A stretch of 64,000 bases of DNA. Source: Nostoc sp. (GTDB lineage Bacteria > Cyanobacteriota > Cyanobacteriia > Cyanobacteriales > Nostocaceae). The translations under genes and the position numbers were made by a program. The stretch covers positions 96,001 through 160,000 of the forward strand of contig JBALDB010000011.1 in NCBI GenBank assembly GCA_036918135.1. The letters are read 5' to 3'. Shown here piece after piece: positions 31,273-41,062 of the stretch (the stretch's first letter is position 1; each line of letters begins with the position of its first letter). The notes under the pieces are model-generated. The model worked only from the letters and a program-made list of their open reading frames with translations, was not told the DNA's origin and did no database searches.

Positions 31273-32058
31273 GAGCGCTAAAAAATATTTTCGTTATACA
31301 AATAATTTCGCTAAAAAAATCTTGCTAGCTTTCGCTGGATAACCAAGACTTAGGCTGAATGTATCGTTATCAACAACACAAATCACATACATCTTAGTCT
31401 AAACAACAACTAACGCATTTTAATCTACATACTAAATCTTTATAATTACCTTCTAAACTTTTATCCTTTCTTTAATTTATTGGTAAAAATTTGTATTATT
31501 AAAAAAGCTTTTTTCAGAAAAATAAATAATTAACAAACCTAAGCGCTTTTATATAAACATATCTTATGTCCATATATACTACAAGTGTATAAACTCGATA
31601 AATCTTATCAGATTTTTACGTAATTTTTTCTAGATGAAAGACAGAATTTACATATTTAAGTTCTCTCAATTTACTTCAAACAGTTTGTATAAAAAACTCT
31701 ATTTTTTGAGGAATTTTCGATGAAAATTCCTATTTTATCAGTATTTATAGGTAATAAATTATATCTATTTTCTTCTAATTAACAACATCATCAGGTTGTT
31801 CTACAGTCGAAGACATAATAATGTCTACAATTTTTTTTAATATAATAAATTATGAAAAAAGTATAAATAACAACTAAATAATATTTCTCTGGAGAGAGTT
31901 TTATACATATTTCTTAAATAGCAGTTGCTTGACGAGACCAACTGCGACCGTATAATACATTTAGCAACACAAAGAAGTTATGAAATATACTCTTTTTATA
32001 TTTATTACTTTGATGTGATGTGACTTTAATACCCAACAATCAATTCAGAACTCAAGCT

Positions 32059-32328
32059 ATGCAAAGCACATTGTTTACAACATTAAGCCCTTCTGAAGAA
32101 GCTAATCTGTCTGGTGGTAATAATCCTACTCCTCCTCCTCCTCCTCCTAAGGGTCCTAAGGGTCCTAAGGGTCCTAAGGGTCCTAAGGGTGGTGGTCCTG
32201 TTCTGATTAAGATTGGAGATGTTAGTGCCGATGGTGGCGATTCCACTATTACACTGGGAAAGAAGGCTGACACCGGTGATATTACATCTACTGGTGGAGC
32301 TGGTGGGACAATCTCTATTCTTAGTTAA
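32059..32328 (+). CDS. Double-glycine leader precursor peptide 1 (polyPro/collagen-like, Gly-rich core)
   Basis: MQSTLFTTLSPSEEANLSGG leader, located between HlyD and the C39 exporter. Confidence 0.85.
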   Translation: MQSTLFTTLSPSEEANLSGGNNPTPPPPPPKGPKGPKGPKGPKGGGPVLIKIGDVSADGGDSTITLGKKADTGDITSTGGAGGTISILS

Positions 32329-32574
32329 TAGGTCAGCTTATGAGATTTAGTAGAAGAAAAAGAATAAACGTCAAGACGCGTTTTAGCGAGTCTTGACTGC
32401 GATCGAACGTCTTCAATTAACTACCATATTAGAAGTAGGCTAAGTTAATTCTGGACGTGTCTTAACAATGCTACTCGACTTAATTGTAGTTAAGTCGTCA
32501 GCTGTTTCTTCGATCACAGTTACTGTAACATACGTTTATTCCTACCCTCTACTTTTCTTCAACAAACTTAATAA

Positions 32575-32616
32575 AGTTCTATTGGCGGTTGTTAGTAGGC
32601 AACCGTCGATAGAACT
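32575..32616 (+). terminator. Strong stem-loop between the precursor genes
   Basis: AGTTCTATTGGCGGTTG...CAACCGTCGATAGAACT. Confidence 0.55.
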
Positions 32617-32739
32617 CTAATATCCTGCTCATTTTTGAGTAGTCAATACCCATTTTCATACCTGCTAACTGTCGTTATCTCTAAGTCAAAATAGCTTTGT
32701 AAAAAGTTTAAAACTGATAATTAGCAACTTAGGTTAACT

Positions 32740-32985
32740 ATGAAAAGCACGCAAACATCTCCAATGTTTATCTCACTAACTGAAACCGAAGAAGCAAGGC
32801 TGTCTGGTGGTAAAAATATTATAAGAAGAGGAAAACCTGGAAAAGTAATTGTCAAAGGAGACCAACTAACTCCAGAATTATTTGAAAGTACAGAAGGATT
32901 TGTTGACGTACTATCACTAGACGACCTATCACTAGACGACCTATCACTAGACGACCTATCATTAGACGACCTATTTGAACTATAA
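32740..32985 (+). CDS. Double-glycine leader precursor peptide 2 (basic N-core, acidic LSLDD repeats)
   Basis: MFISLTETEEARLSGG leader homologous to precursor 1. 15-bp repeat ctatcactagacgac x4. Confidence 0.8.
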   Translation: MKSTQTSPMFISLTETEEARLSGGKNIIRRGKPGKVIVKGDQLTPELFESTEGFVDVLSLDDLSLDDLSLDDLSLDDLFEL

Positions 32986-33333
32986 AGTATATAGGAATGA
33001 TGTAGTACTCAAATTTGATTTTGAGAAAACTCAGTATAATTCAAACAGCCTTTTTTATCCTTGCCTCTTGCATACTAAGCCAAGTAAGTTCTCCAAATCA
33101 AAGCAGATTTCTATAGTATAAATAAGCTGTTGGCGTTGCTGATTTTAAGTATGATTTCTGTAGAGGCAATTCCTGAATTGCCTTTATAAGCAGGGTAATA
33201 AATTGCATGGAGAGCAAATTTATACTGAATTTCAGCAACGCCAAACTGTTGGTCAAAATTTTAACCACGCAGGGATAAAACCCTGCTATTTTTTTGGGTT
33301 TGGTCACGATGTTATTGGGTACTAGAGTGTGAA

Positions 33334-35478
33334 ATGAAATACCAAGTTGTTGCACAACATAGTGAAGAAGATTGTGGAGCTGCTTGTCTTGCTTCCGTTG
33401 CCAAACATTATCGACGTAACTTTACACTAAATCGCATCCGGGAAGCAGTAGGCACCGGGCAATTAGGAACAACATTATTGGGATTGAGGCGGGGAGCCGA
33501 GGCGCTTGGTTTTAATGCACGTTCGGTTAGAGCATCAAATGAAATTTTAGACAAGATGAGTCAAGCGCCACTACCAGCAATCATTCACTGGAAAGGCTAC
33601 CATTGGGTTGTTTTGTATGGTCAAAAAGGCAATAAATATATAGTTGCCGACCCAGCCTTTGACATCCGTTATGTCTCTAAAAAAGAGTTAATAGAAGCTT
33701 GGTCAGATAAAGTGATGCTCTTGCTAGAGCCAGATTCGGTTCGCTTTTATGCTCAACCTGATGATAAAATAGACGGGTTTGGGCGCTTTTTACGACGTGT
33801 ATTGCCTTATGGAAGCATTATATTCGAGGCTTTTCTGTGCGCTTTAATTATCGGTCTGCTTTCGTTAACTTCTCCGATCCTGCTGCAAATTCTAACAGAT
33901 GATGTACTAGTTCGGGGAGACACCCAGCTTCTTGCTGCTGTGATTATTGCCGTTGTGGTGATGAATCTTGTCTCAAGTAGTCTGCAATTAGTTCAATCTA
34001 ACCTGATTGCCAATTTTGCCCAACGGCTTGAGTTAGGGCTAGTTCTGGAATTTGCCAGGACAATCTTGCGCTTACCTCTGAATTACTATGAATCACGTCG
34101 CAGTGGCGAGATTGTCAGCAGATTACAAGATATTCAACAAATTAATCAGCTAGTTTCTCAAGTAGTTGTCAGTCTACCTAGCCAATTGTTTATTGCAGTC
34201 GTTTCTTTAGGTTTCATGCTGTTCTATAGCTGGAAACTCACCTTCACTGCCTTCGTTATTGCTATTGTTATGAGTTTATCTACCATTGTTTTCCTGCCTG
34301 CACTTCAACAGAAAGTTAGAAGTGTATTGGTCTTAGACGCGGAAAATCAGGGTATTCTCGTTGAAAGCTTTAAAGGAGCGCTGACACTTAAAACTACTAA
34401 CGCTGCTCCTCAATTTTGGGAAGAATTCCAGAATCGATTTGGTCGATTATCAAACCAAACATTCCGCACAATTCAGATTGGAATTATTAACAATATCTTT
34501 TCTGGATTAGTTTATGCTATTGGCAGCGTTAGTTTGATTGGTTTCGGCAGCATCCTAGTTATTGGTAAGGAACTCAGTATCGGTCAACTGCTGGCATTTA
34601 ACGGCATGAATGGTAATTTTTTAGCATTCATTGGTACTACGATCGCATTTATAGATGAATTTACTCGTGTCAAAACTGCGACGCAGCGCTTAACAGAAGT
34701 TATCGATTCTACACCGGAAAACCAAGGTGATACGAATAAACCTTTTGCTAAAATTCCTAGTAATGCTGATATTATTTGTACAAATCTCAACTTTCACTAC
34801 CCCGGTAGGTTAGAGTTACTGGAAAATTTCTCTCTAACTATTCCTGGTGGTAAAGTTATTGCCTTGATTGGTACATCCGGCTGTGGTAAAAGTTCTCTCG
34901 CTAAACTGATAGCCGGATTATATTCACCTAATTCTGGTAACATTCGTATTGGTATTTATAATCTACAAGACCTAGCTCTTGATTGTTTGCGGCAACAAGT
35001 CGCTCTCGTTCCTCAAGATGCTCATTTTTGGAGTCGCTCAATTATTCAAAACTTCCGCTTAGGTTCTCCCCACGTTACCTTTGAGCAAATTGTCAATGCT
35101 TGCCAAATTGCTGAGGCAGACGATTTTATTAGTAAACTACCTGAAAAATATCAAACTGTATTAGGTGAATTTGGCTCAAATATTTCTGGTGGACAACGCC
35201 AAAGATTGGCTATAGCAAGAGCTATCGTTAACGATCCACCAGTTCTGATTTTAGATGAATCAACTGCTGGACTCGATCCAGTTAGTGAAGCTCAAGTTTT
35301 AAATCAGCTGTTGTTTCATCGCCAAGGCAAAACCACAATCCTGATTAGCCACCGTCCTAGAGTAATTGCTCGTGCTGATTGGATTATGCTACTCAATCAA
35401 GGCAAGTTACAAATTCAGGGAACTGTTGAAGATTTGCTTGCTCAACCAGGAAACCATTTAGACTTTTTAACCCCTTAA
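33334..35478 (+). CDS. Peptidase C39-containing ABC transporter (PCAT, SunT/HlyB type)
   Basis: QHSEEDCGAACL (catalytic Cys), HWVV, Walker A GTSGCGKS, ISGGQRQR and LILDE. Confidence 0.97.
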   Translation: MKYQVVAQHSEEDCGAACLASVAKHYRRNFTLNRIREAVGTGQLGTTLLGLRRGAEALGFNARSVRASNEILDKMSQAPLPAIIHWKGYHWVVLYGQKGNKYIVADPAFDIRYVSKKELIEAWSDKVMLLLEPDSVRFYAQPDDKIDGFGRFLRRVLPYGSIIFEAFLCALIIGLLSLTSPILLQILTDDVLVRGDTQLLAAVIIAVVVMNLVSSSLQLVQSNLIANFAQRLELGLVLEFARTILRLPLNYYESRRSGEIVSRLQDIQQINQLVSQVVVSLPSQLFIAVVSLGFMLFYSWKLTFTAFVIAIVMSLSTIVFLPALQQKVRSVLVLDAENQGILVESFKGALTLKTTNAAPQFWEEFQNRFGRLSNQTFRTIQIGIINNIFSGLVYAIGSVSLIGFGSILVIGKELSIGQLLAFNGMNGNFLAFIGTTIAFIDEFTRVKTATQRLTEVIDSTPENQGDTNKPFAKIPSNADIICTNLNFHYPGRLELLENFSLTIPGGKVIALIGTSGCGKSSLAKLIAGLYSPNSGNIRIGIYNLQDLALDCLRQQVALVPQDAHFWSRSIIQNFRLGSPHVTFEQIVNACQIAEADDFISKLPEKYQTVLGEFGSNISGGQRQRLAIARAIVNDPPVLILDESTAGLDPVSEAQVLNQLLFHRQGKTTILISHRPRVIARADWIMLLNQGKLQIQGTVEDLLAQPGNHLDFLTP

Positions 35479-35583
35479 TTACTCATACTTTTAAATAAGT
35501 GGGTAAGAATAAATCAAACTATGTTAAAGGTGAAATTAATTAAGTGGCTTTTAGTAAGGGTTTCAATCATTTAAATAGTAACT

Positions 35584-36002
35584 AAGTAAGTCGGCATAAT
35601 AAAACCAAACTATAGCAGGAGGCAGGATAGCGCAGCGTTAGCGAGTCCGCGTACTCTTACAGAGAAGCAAGCTACGCGCAGCGTCTCGTAGAGAGCGTCG
35701 GCAGGAGACAGCTATGCTGGAGGTAAAAACCTTACTATTCCTGAGATTCACGCTTATCATTATGTCCTAATCTACCTGGCAACTGCTATATGTGAGAAAA
35801 ATTAACTAGGCTAAAATCCTCTTCGTTCTAGCAAGAACTGCCTTAGGGACTTCCAATTAAAAAAATAATCAATCGTTGTGTAGGCAGGGGGGCAGGAGGC
35901 AGGGAGCAGGGGGAGAAAGAAAACTATTATCTAAATAAATTGGTTAATTTATTCTCTGGAAGTCCCTTATCTTAATGATAAATATTCACGCCGACCTATT
36001 TA
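35584..36002. mobile_element. Composite MITE/SDR region (family A-like ends) with nested repeats
   Basis: TAAGTAAGTCGGCAT at the left and ACGCCGACCTATTTA at the right. Contains an SDR array (about 35630-35700) and a second MITE. Confidence 0.55.
35845..35967. mobile_element. MITE with AGGGACTTCCA/TGGAAGTCCCT terminal inverted repeats
   Basis: Perfect 11-bp TIRs and GGCAGG heptamers inside. A partial relative lies at about 14551. Confidence 0.7.
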
Positions 36003-36763
36003 TCACTAGGCAAGTCTCAAGCATTTGTTTGATAAACTCAACGCTCAAACAAAACAAATTACTATTTTTTTATAAGTTTTAGCAGATAAATATGCTGTTG
36101 TAATTTGCATTAAAGATAATAATTTAACTCTCTTTTATTATTTTAAAAAATAGAAATCAAAAACCTTGATGTAAATTAATTATGTAAATATACTGATATA
36201 TTTTTATGAAATAGCTGATATACCTAAGTATTACAACAATAGCCAAAAGCCTATATGTCTTTTTTGTTTCTTCTCTATGGCTTAAGTATTATAATTTTCC
36301 CAAACCAGGCTTAATTGTCAGCAAATTAAGATATTTCTGTGCAGTTATTTATAAAAACTTATTTAAAAAAATTTTTCTATATATATGCTTGGTGTTAAGA
36401 AGTATTAAGAAATACTTATTAAAAAATGTTGCAATAGCTTGATTTAATTGCTAACGTGTGTATGACAGCGATGCTGATGAACGCTCGGATCTAGGAGAAA
36501 TAAAATCTATGAGCATACCCATTCAGCCAAGTGTGTTAGGCTTTGACGGGTTAAAAACGAGAAATTTCTGCCTCATATAGACAACTATGAGGGATTGCAG
36601 ATTAACCAAGAAATATCTCGTTACTAAAGGCTTAGTTTCAGTTTGATTTGAATTGTGATTGATTATTTGTCTTACTTTGTGCCGACAAGTAAGTAGCTCT
36701 TGCTTGTGTGTATCGGCAATAACGAAGAGTTCGGTAAGACTTAAATTTTAGAGGATAAAACCA

Positions 36764-37585
36764 ATGGAGATTCAAGGTAAAGTTGCCCTAATTACAGGGG
36801 CTTCGCGGGGAATTGGACGAGCGATCGCCCTGGAATTAGCGCAACAAGGCATCAAGCGGATGATATTGATAGCACGGGATCGCCGCAAGTTAGTGGAAGT
36901 AGCTAACGAAATCGAGGCTATGGGTACAGAAGCTGCGATCGTGGCCTTAGATTTGACGCAGACAATAGAAGTACATATCGCTGTTGCCCAACTATGGCGC
37001 AATTACGGACAGATTCACCTGTTAGTTAATTGTGCGGGAGTCGCATACCAAAGCTCATTTTTACAATCTAAAATGCTTCAAGTTCAAGAAGAACTCTCTG
37101 TAAACTTGTTAGGAATGTACAACCTTACTAGTTTGATTGCTCGACGTATGGCCAGCCAAAGACAAGGGACAATTGTCAATGTATCGAGCCTGATGGGGAA
37201 AGTGGCTGCACCAACGATGGCGACATACTCAGCAACCAAGTTTGCCATCTTAGGATTTACCCAAGCCTTGCGCCAAGAACTAGCCGAACACAATATCCGC
37301 GTCATTGCATTACTGCCATCCCTGACAGACACAGACATGGTGCGCGACTTAAAATTATTTCGCTGGGTGATCCCCATGACTCCCCAGCAAGTGGCTAAAG
37401 CACTCGTTACCGGAATGCAGACTGATTCATCAGAAATCTTAGTCGGATGGCAAAGTCATTTAGCCGTGTTGTGTCAACGCCTTGCCCCTTGGTTGTTAGA
37501 GCTAATTTTACGAATAACAACACCGCCAGCACCAAAAAGACAACGGCTGATTGAAAAACTTATCCCTTCCCGTAGCGTCTCGTAG
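36764..37585 (+). CDS. Short-chain dehydrogenase/reductase
   Basis: TGASRGIG, VNCAG, NVSS and YSATK. Confidence 0.95.
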   Translation: MEIQGKVALITGASRGIGRAIALELAQQGIKRMILIARDRRKLVEVANEIEAMGTEAAIVALDLTQTIEVHIAVAQLWRNYGQIHLLVNCAGVAYQSSFLQSKMLQVQEELSVNLLGMYNLTSLIARRMASQRQGTIVNVSSLMGKVAAPTMATYSATKFAILGFTQALRQELAEHNIRVIALLPSLTDTDMVRDLKLFRWVIPMTPQQVAKALVTGMQTDSSEILVGWQSHLAVLCQRLAPWLLELILRITTPPAPKRQRLIEKLIPSRSVS

Positions 37586-37616
37586 AGAAGGGGAGACACC
37601 GAAGGCGATCGCTAAC

Positions 37617-38855
37617 TTAACACTCCTGAACAAACTTCTCCGAAATCTTCAGTTGTTTGGCTTTACCCTTGTGCAAAAAAGTAAGGCTCACAGTGCCAAG
37701 AAATGCTAATAAGCTGAAAGTAGAAGTAGATTCAGGAACAGACTTGGGATTCTCAATTTTAATAACTTGTCCTTCTCCTGGGCGATCGCCTCGGTTTGTC
37801 ACGTAAATAGCATCATCAGCACCAATAGTCAAAGCAGTAGGGGACTCTAATCCATTGCCACTAAGAATAGTTGTGCGAGTCCCATCCCTGGCTATTTTAA
37901 TTACAGAACCATCTAGATTACCTTTCCAGAGTGACTGATTAGCGTATTGCAAAGCATATAAATTACCCTGACTATCAAAATCTAAGTCAGTAAGTTGAGT
38001 AAAGCCATCAGCATAGACTGTTGGTTGACCATCAGCACCAATTCGGTAGATTTTGGCCTCACCTTCTGGAAAAGGAAAACCAGCTAATTCGCTAATATAA
38101 TAAGCACCATCTGGGCCTTTAACAACATTTGTGGGTACTGCTTGAATTTCAAATGGCGATGACGATGGCCCAGTGGGAAAAATTGGATTAGTTAATGTTT
38201 GTCGGGGAATTGTGGCGATCGCTTTCAAATTACTTCCATCAGTCCCTACACTGAGTAACTCATTTGCACCAGTATCAACTGCAACAATCTTATTTCCATC
38301 TAAAAGAAGAGAGAAGGGATTGCTAATTAGATCGCCTCCATCAGGATTATTTGCAAGTTCATAATTAGCTAAATCAGCCACACTAGTCCAGGAATTTGTA
38401 TTAAAATTAGCAGTAATGATTTTTCCTAAATCAGTGTTACCTAATGTGGCGCGAAATGTGGGATCAGAAGCATACCCAACTGCAATATAAGGCTTGCCAC
38501 TGGCATCAAATTTTATATCATGAGGCCCAGCAGTATCAGTACCATCTGGTAATGCTAAAGAAGGAAGTCCCGTAAGTACACGTTCTTGCGTACCATTTGC
38601 AATTTTTGTCACAGCACCAGTTGTGCCATAACATAAAGATTGACCTGCGGCACTTGGTGAAGGAACACAAGCTCCATTTCCGCCTGTTCCTGCCTCTGTG
38701 ACGTAGAGGCTGCGGTCAGGGCCAAAACTTAAACCCCGTGGACTATCAAGATCGTCGGCAATTACTGAAAATGATGCCGCCTCTGCTGCTTTTATTCCCG
38801 AAAAAGTAGCAATACAAACACTCAAAAATGTAATTCCAAATTGTTTTAGTTTCAT
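37617..38855 (-). CDS. ScyD/ScyE-like secreted beta-propeller protein with a PEP-CTERM-like tail
   Basis: Signal peptide, LYVTEAGTGG, AVPTNVVKGPDGAYYISEL, and C-terminal VPESTS + TM helix + basic residues. Confidence 0.85.
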   Translation of the reverse strand: MKLKQFGITFLSVCIATFSGIKAAEAASFSVIADDLDSPRGLSFGPDRSLYVTEAGTGGNGACVPSPSAAGQSLCYGTTGAVTKIANGTQERVLTGLPSLALPDGTDTAGPHDIKFDASGKPYIAVGYASDPTFRATLGNTDLGKIITANFNTNSWTSVADLANYELANNPDGGDLISNPFSLLLDGNKIVAVDTGANELLSVGTDGSNLKAIATIPRQTLTNPIFPTGPSSSPFEIQAVPTNVVKGPDGAYYISELAGFPFPEGEAKIYRIGADGQPTVYADGFTQLTDLDFDSQGNLYALQYANQSLWKGNLDGSVIKIARDGTRTTILSGNGLESPTALTIGADDAIYVTNRGDRPGEGQVIKIENPKSVPESTSTFSLLAFLGTVSLTFLHKGKAKQLKISEKFVQEC

Positions 38856-38962
38856 TAGACCCGTCCTAAAATAAAATTTACATTAATAAAGATAGAGTAG
38901 TTTGAGATTTTTTAATTGGTTAATATTTATACCAATTTTCTCAAATCTGGCAACAGATTCAA

Positions 38963-39121
38963 ACCTAAAAATTTGTCGTTAGGATAAGGCAAAATAGCGC
39001 AGCGTTAGAAGTTTGCGTACTCTTACAGAGAAGCAAGCTAGCAAGAGCGTCGGCACAGGAGAGAGGGTTATAGCCTCGTTTATCTTTCTTTATATAATTT
39101 AGTTTTATGATGCCAACTTAC
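38963..39121. mobile_element. Degenerate family A MITE with an internal SDR array
   Basis: Body similar to 6520-6649, containing gcgcagcgttag...tactcttacagagaagcaagct...gagcgtc. Confidence 0.5.
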
Positions 39122-39419
39122 ATTAAATGAAATCTGAATTTGTTAATTTCGAGTTGTATCATACCATTTTCAAAAATTTTTGCAACATAATGAATTATCT
39201 GTAGTGGTGTACAGATGTACGCCTATAGCAACAAAATTAAATAGGATTGCTGTATATATTCCAACATGTTTTATATAAGTAGGATATCTAAACTGTTGAA
39301 TTACACAGATATTGCAGGACTACAAGGCGATCGCAGTTTGCATCAATAGATAAAGTTGTAGATCAGAAATTGCTGCGGGATCGCATAATTAGACATACCC
39401 TGTTTCGGAGCAATCAGAA

Positions 39420-40919
39420 ATGCTTTCCTTCCCCACAACCCTGACTCCTTTGCCCGAAATCATTGATGGCTTGCCGAATATTTCTGGTTGGGAAACAGAG
39501 GTTCTCTCTGTAGTTAACCACGAACAACCAGTATTTTTACCAACAACAAATATTAAGTTAGATGACGTAAATGCTGTATTTGCGATCGCTTTACACATGC
39601 ACCAGCCCACAATCCCTGCTGGCTATGGTGGTACATTCATCAGCAATCTGCAATACATGTTTGAACATTCCAATGAAGGCGATAACCATAATGCAGGGCC
39701 TTTTGCTTATTGTTACAGCCGCATGGGAGAATTTATTCCTGAACTTGTAAATCAAGGTTGTAATCCCCGTGTAATGTTGGATTACTCAGGTAATCTTCTG
39801 TGGGGACTCAGGCAAATGGGACGCAGTGATATTCTTGATAATTTGAAACGCATCACTTGCGATTCTACCTATCAACCTTATGTAGAATGGCTGGGTACAA
39901 TGTGGAGCCATGCTGTTGTTCCTTCCACTCCCATCGCAGACATTAAATTACATATAATTGCATGGCAACATCACTTTGCAGCAATTTTTGGTTGGGAAGC
40001 ATTAGCGCGAGTCAAGGGATTTTCACCTCCAGAAATGCACCTACCAAATCACCCTGATATCCTCTTTGAATTTGTGAAAGCGCTCAAAGAATGTGGATAT
40101 CGCTGGCTACTCGTTCAAGAACATTCTGTAGAAACAATTAGCGGTGAATCTCTCAGCTACAAACATTTACCACATCGTCTGATTGCTCGTAATTCCCAAG
40201 GCGAAACAATTAGTATTACGGCTTTAATTAAAACTCAAGGTTCGGATACTAAATTAGTCGCTCAAATGCAGCCTTATTATGAAGCAAAAACCTTATCAAA
40301 ACAACAACTAGGAAGCATATTTGTGCCACCGATAGTTAGTCAAATTGGAGATGGTGAAAATGGTGGCGTGATGATGAATGAATTTCCTAGCGCTTTCAAA
40401 CAAGCTTGGTGGGATATGGTAAATCATGGGGGAGGAAAATCAGGTGTTGTGGGGATGTGTGGTACAGAGTATTTAGAATTAATCCAAGCTGCTGGATGCA
40501 AACCCGAAGACTATCCAACTTGCCAACCGATTGGACAGCATCAGATTTGGGAGCGAGTTCCACCAGAAAATTGCCAACCTGAGGCTGTAGAGAACGCCAT
40601 TCAAGAATTAAAACAAATCAACCATAATTTTCACATGGATGGAGGCTCATGGACAAATCATATTAGTTGGGTGAAAGGGTATGAAAATGTCTTGTCTCCC
40701 ATGTATGAATTAAGTAGTTTATTCCACCAAAAATTTGATAGGTTACAACAAAATGAGTTAGCAGAACCTGTTACTAAACAAGCTGAATATCGTAACGTTC
40801 TTCTACATAACCTTTTGCTAGAAACTAGTTGTTTTCGTTATTGGGGACAAGGTGCTTGGACTAATTATGCAGAAGAAATTTATCAACGAGGTAAAAGCTT
40901 GTTGTCAAAGACATTTTAG
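39420..40919 (+). CDS. Glycoside hydrolase family 57-like protein
   Basis: LHMHQP, GFSPPEM, GDGENGG and ETSCFRYWG. Confidence 0.85.
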   Translation: MLSFPTTLTPLPEIIDGLPNISGWETEVLSVVNHEQPVFLPTTNIKLDDVNAVFAIALHMHQPTIPAGYGGTFISNLQYMFEHSNEGDNHNAGPFAYCYSRMGEFIPELVNQGCNPRVMLDYSGNLLWGLRQMGRSDILDNLKRITCDSTYQPYVEWLGTMWSHAVVPSTPIADIKLHIIAWQHHFAAIFGWEALARVKGFSPPEMHLPNHPDILFEFVKALKECGYRWLLVQEHSVETISGESLSYKHLPHRLIARNSQGETISITALIKTQGSDTKLVAQMQPYYEAKTLSKQQLGSIFVPPIVSQIGDGENGGVMMNEFPSAFKQAWWDMVNHGGGKSGVVGMCGTEYLELIQAAGCKPEDYPTCQPIGQHQIWERVPPENCQPEAVENAIQELKQINHNFHMDGGSWTNHISWVKGYENVLSPMYELSSLFHQKFDRLQQNELAEPVTKQAEYRNVLLHNLLLETSCFRYWGQGAWTNYAEEIYQRGKSLLSKTF

Positions 40920-41062
40920 ATAATTTCATGAGTGCTGAGTGCAGAGTGACTAAGAGGTGAAACGGGGGGATAGAAATAAAGTTTAGTTCTTTACTCAGCA
41001 CTCGTTACTAAGTACTAAATACTGATACTCGGCGGTAATATTTCAATGCAAATACTTGATAG

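Noticed and set aside
29941..35478. Lanthipeptide/cyanobactin or hetC locus
   Set aside because: No modification enzymes, no Cys in the cores, and the transporter lacks the long N-terminal extension of HetC.
36462..36494. patS-like peptide
   Set aside because: No frame gives RGSGR; the ORF reads MTAMLMNARI*.
36764..37585. hetN (heterocyst inhibitor SDR)
   Set aside because: Lacks the ERGSGR motif (reads SQRQGT at the equivalent position).
37617..38855. Scytonemin biosynthetic cluster
   Set aside because: Only one ScyD/E-like gene, with no scyA-C, trp or ebo genes nearby.
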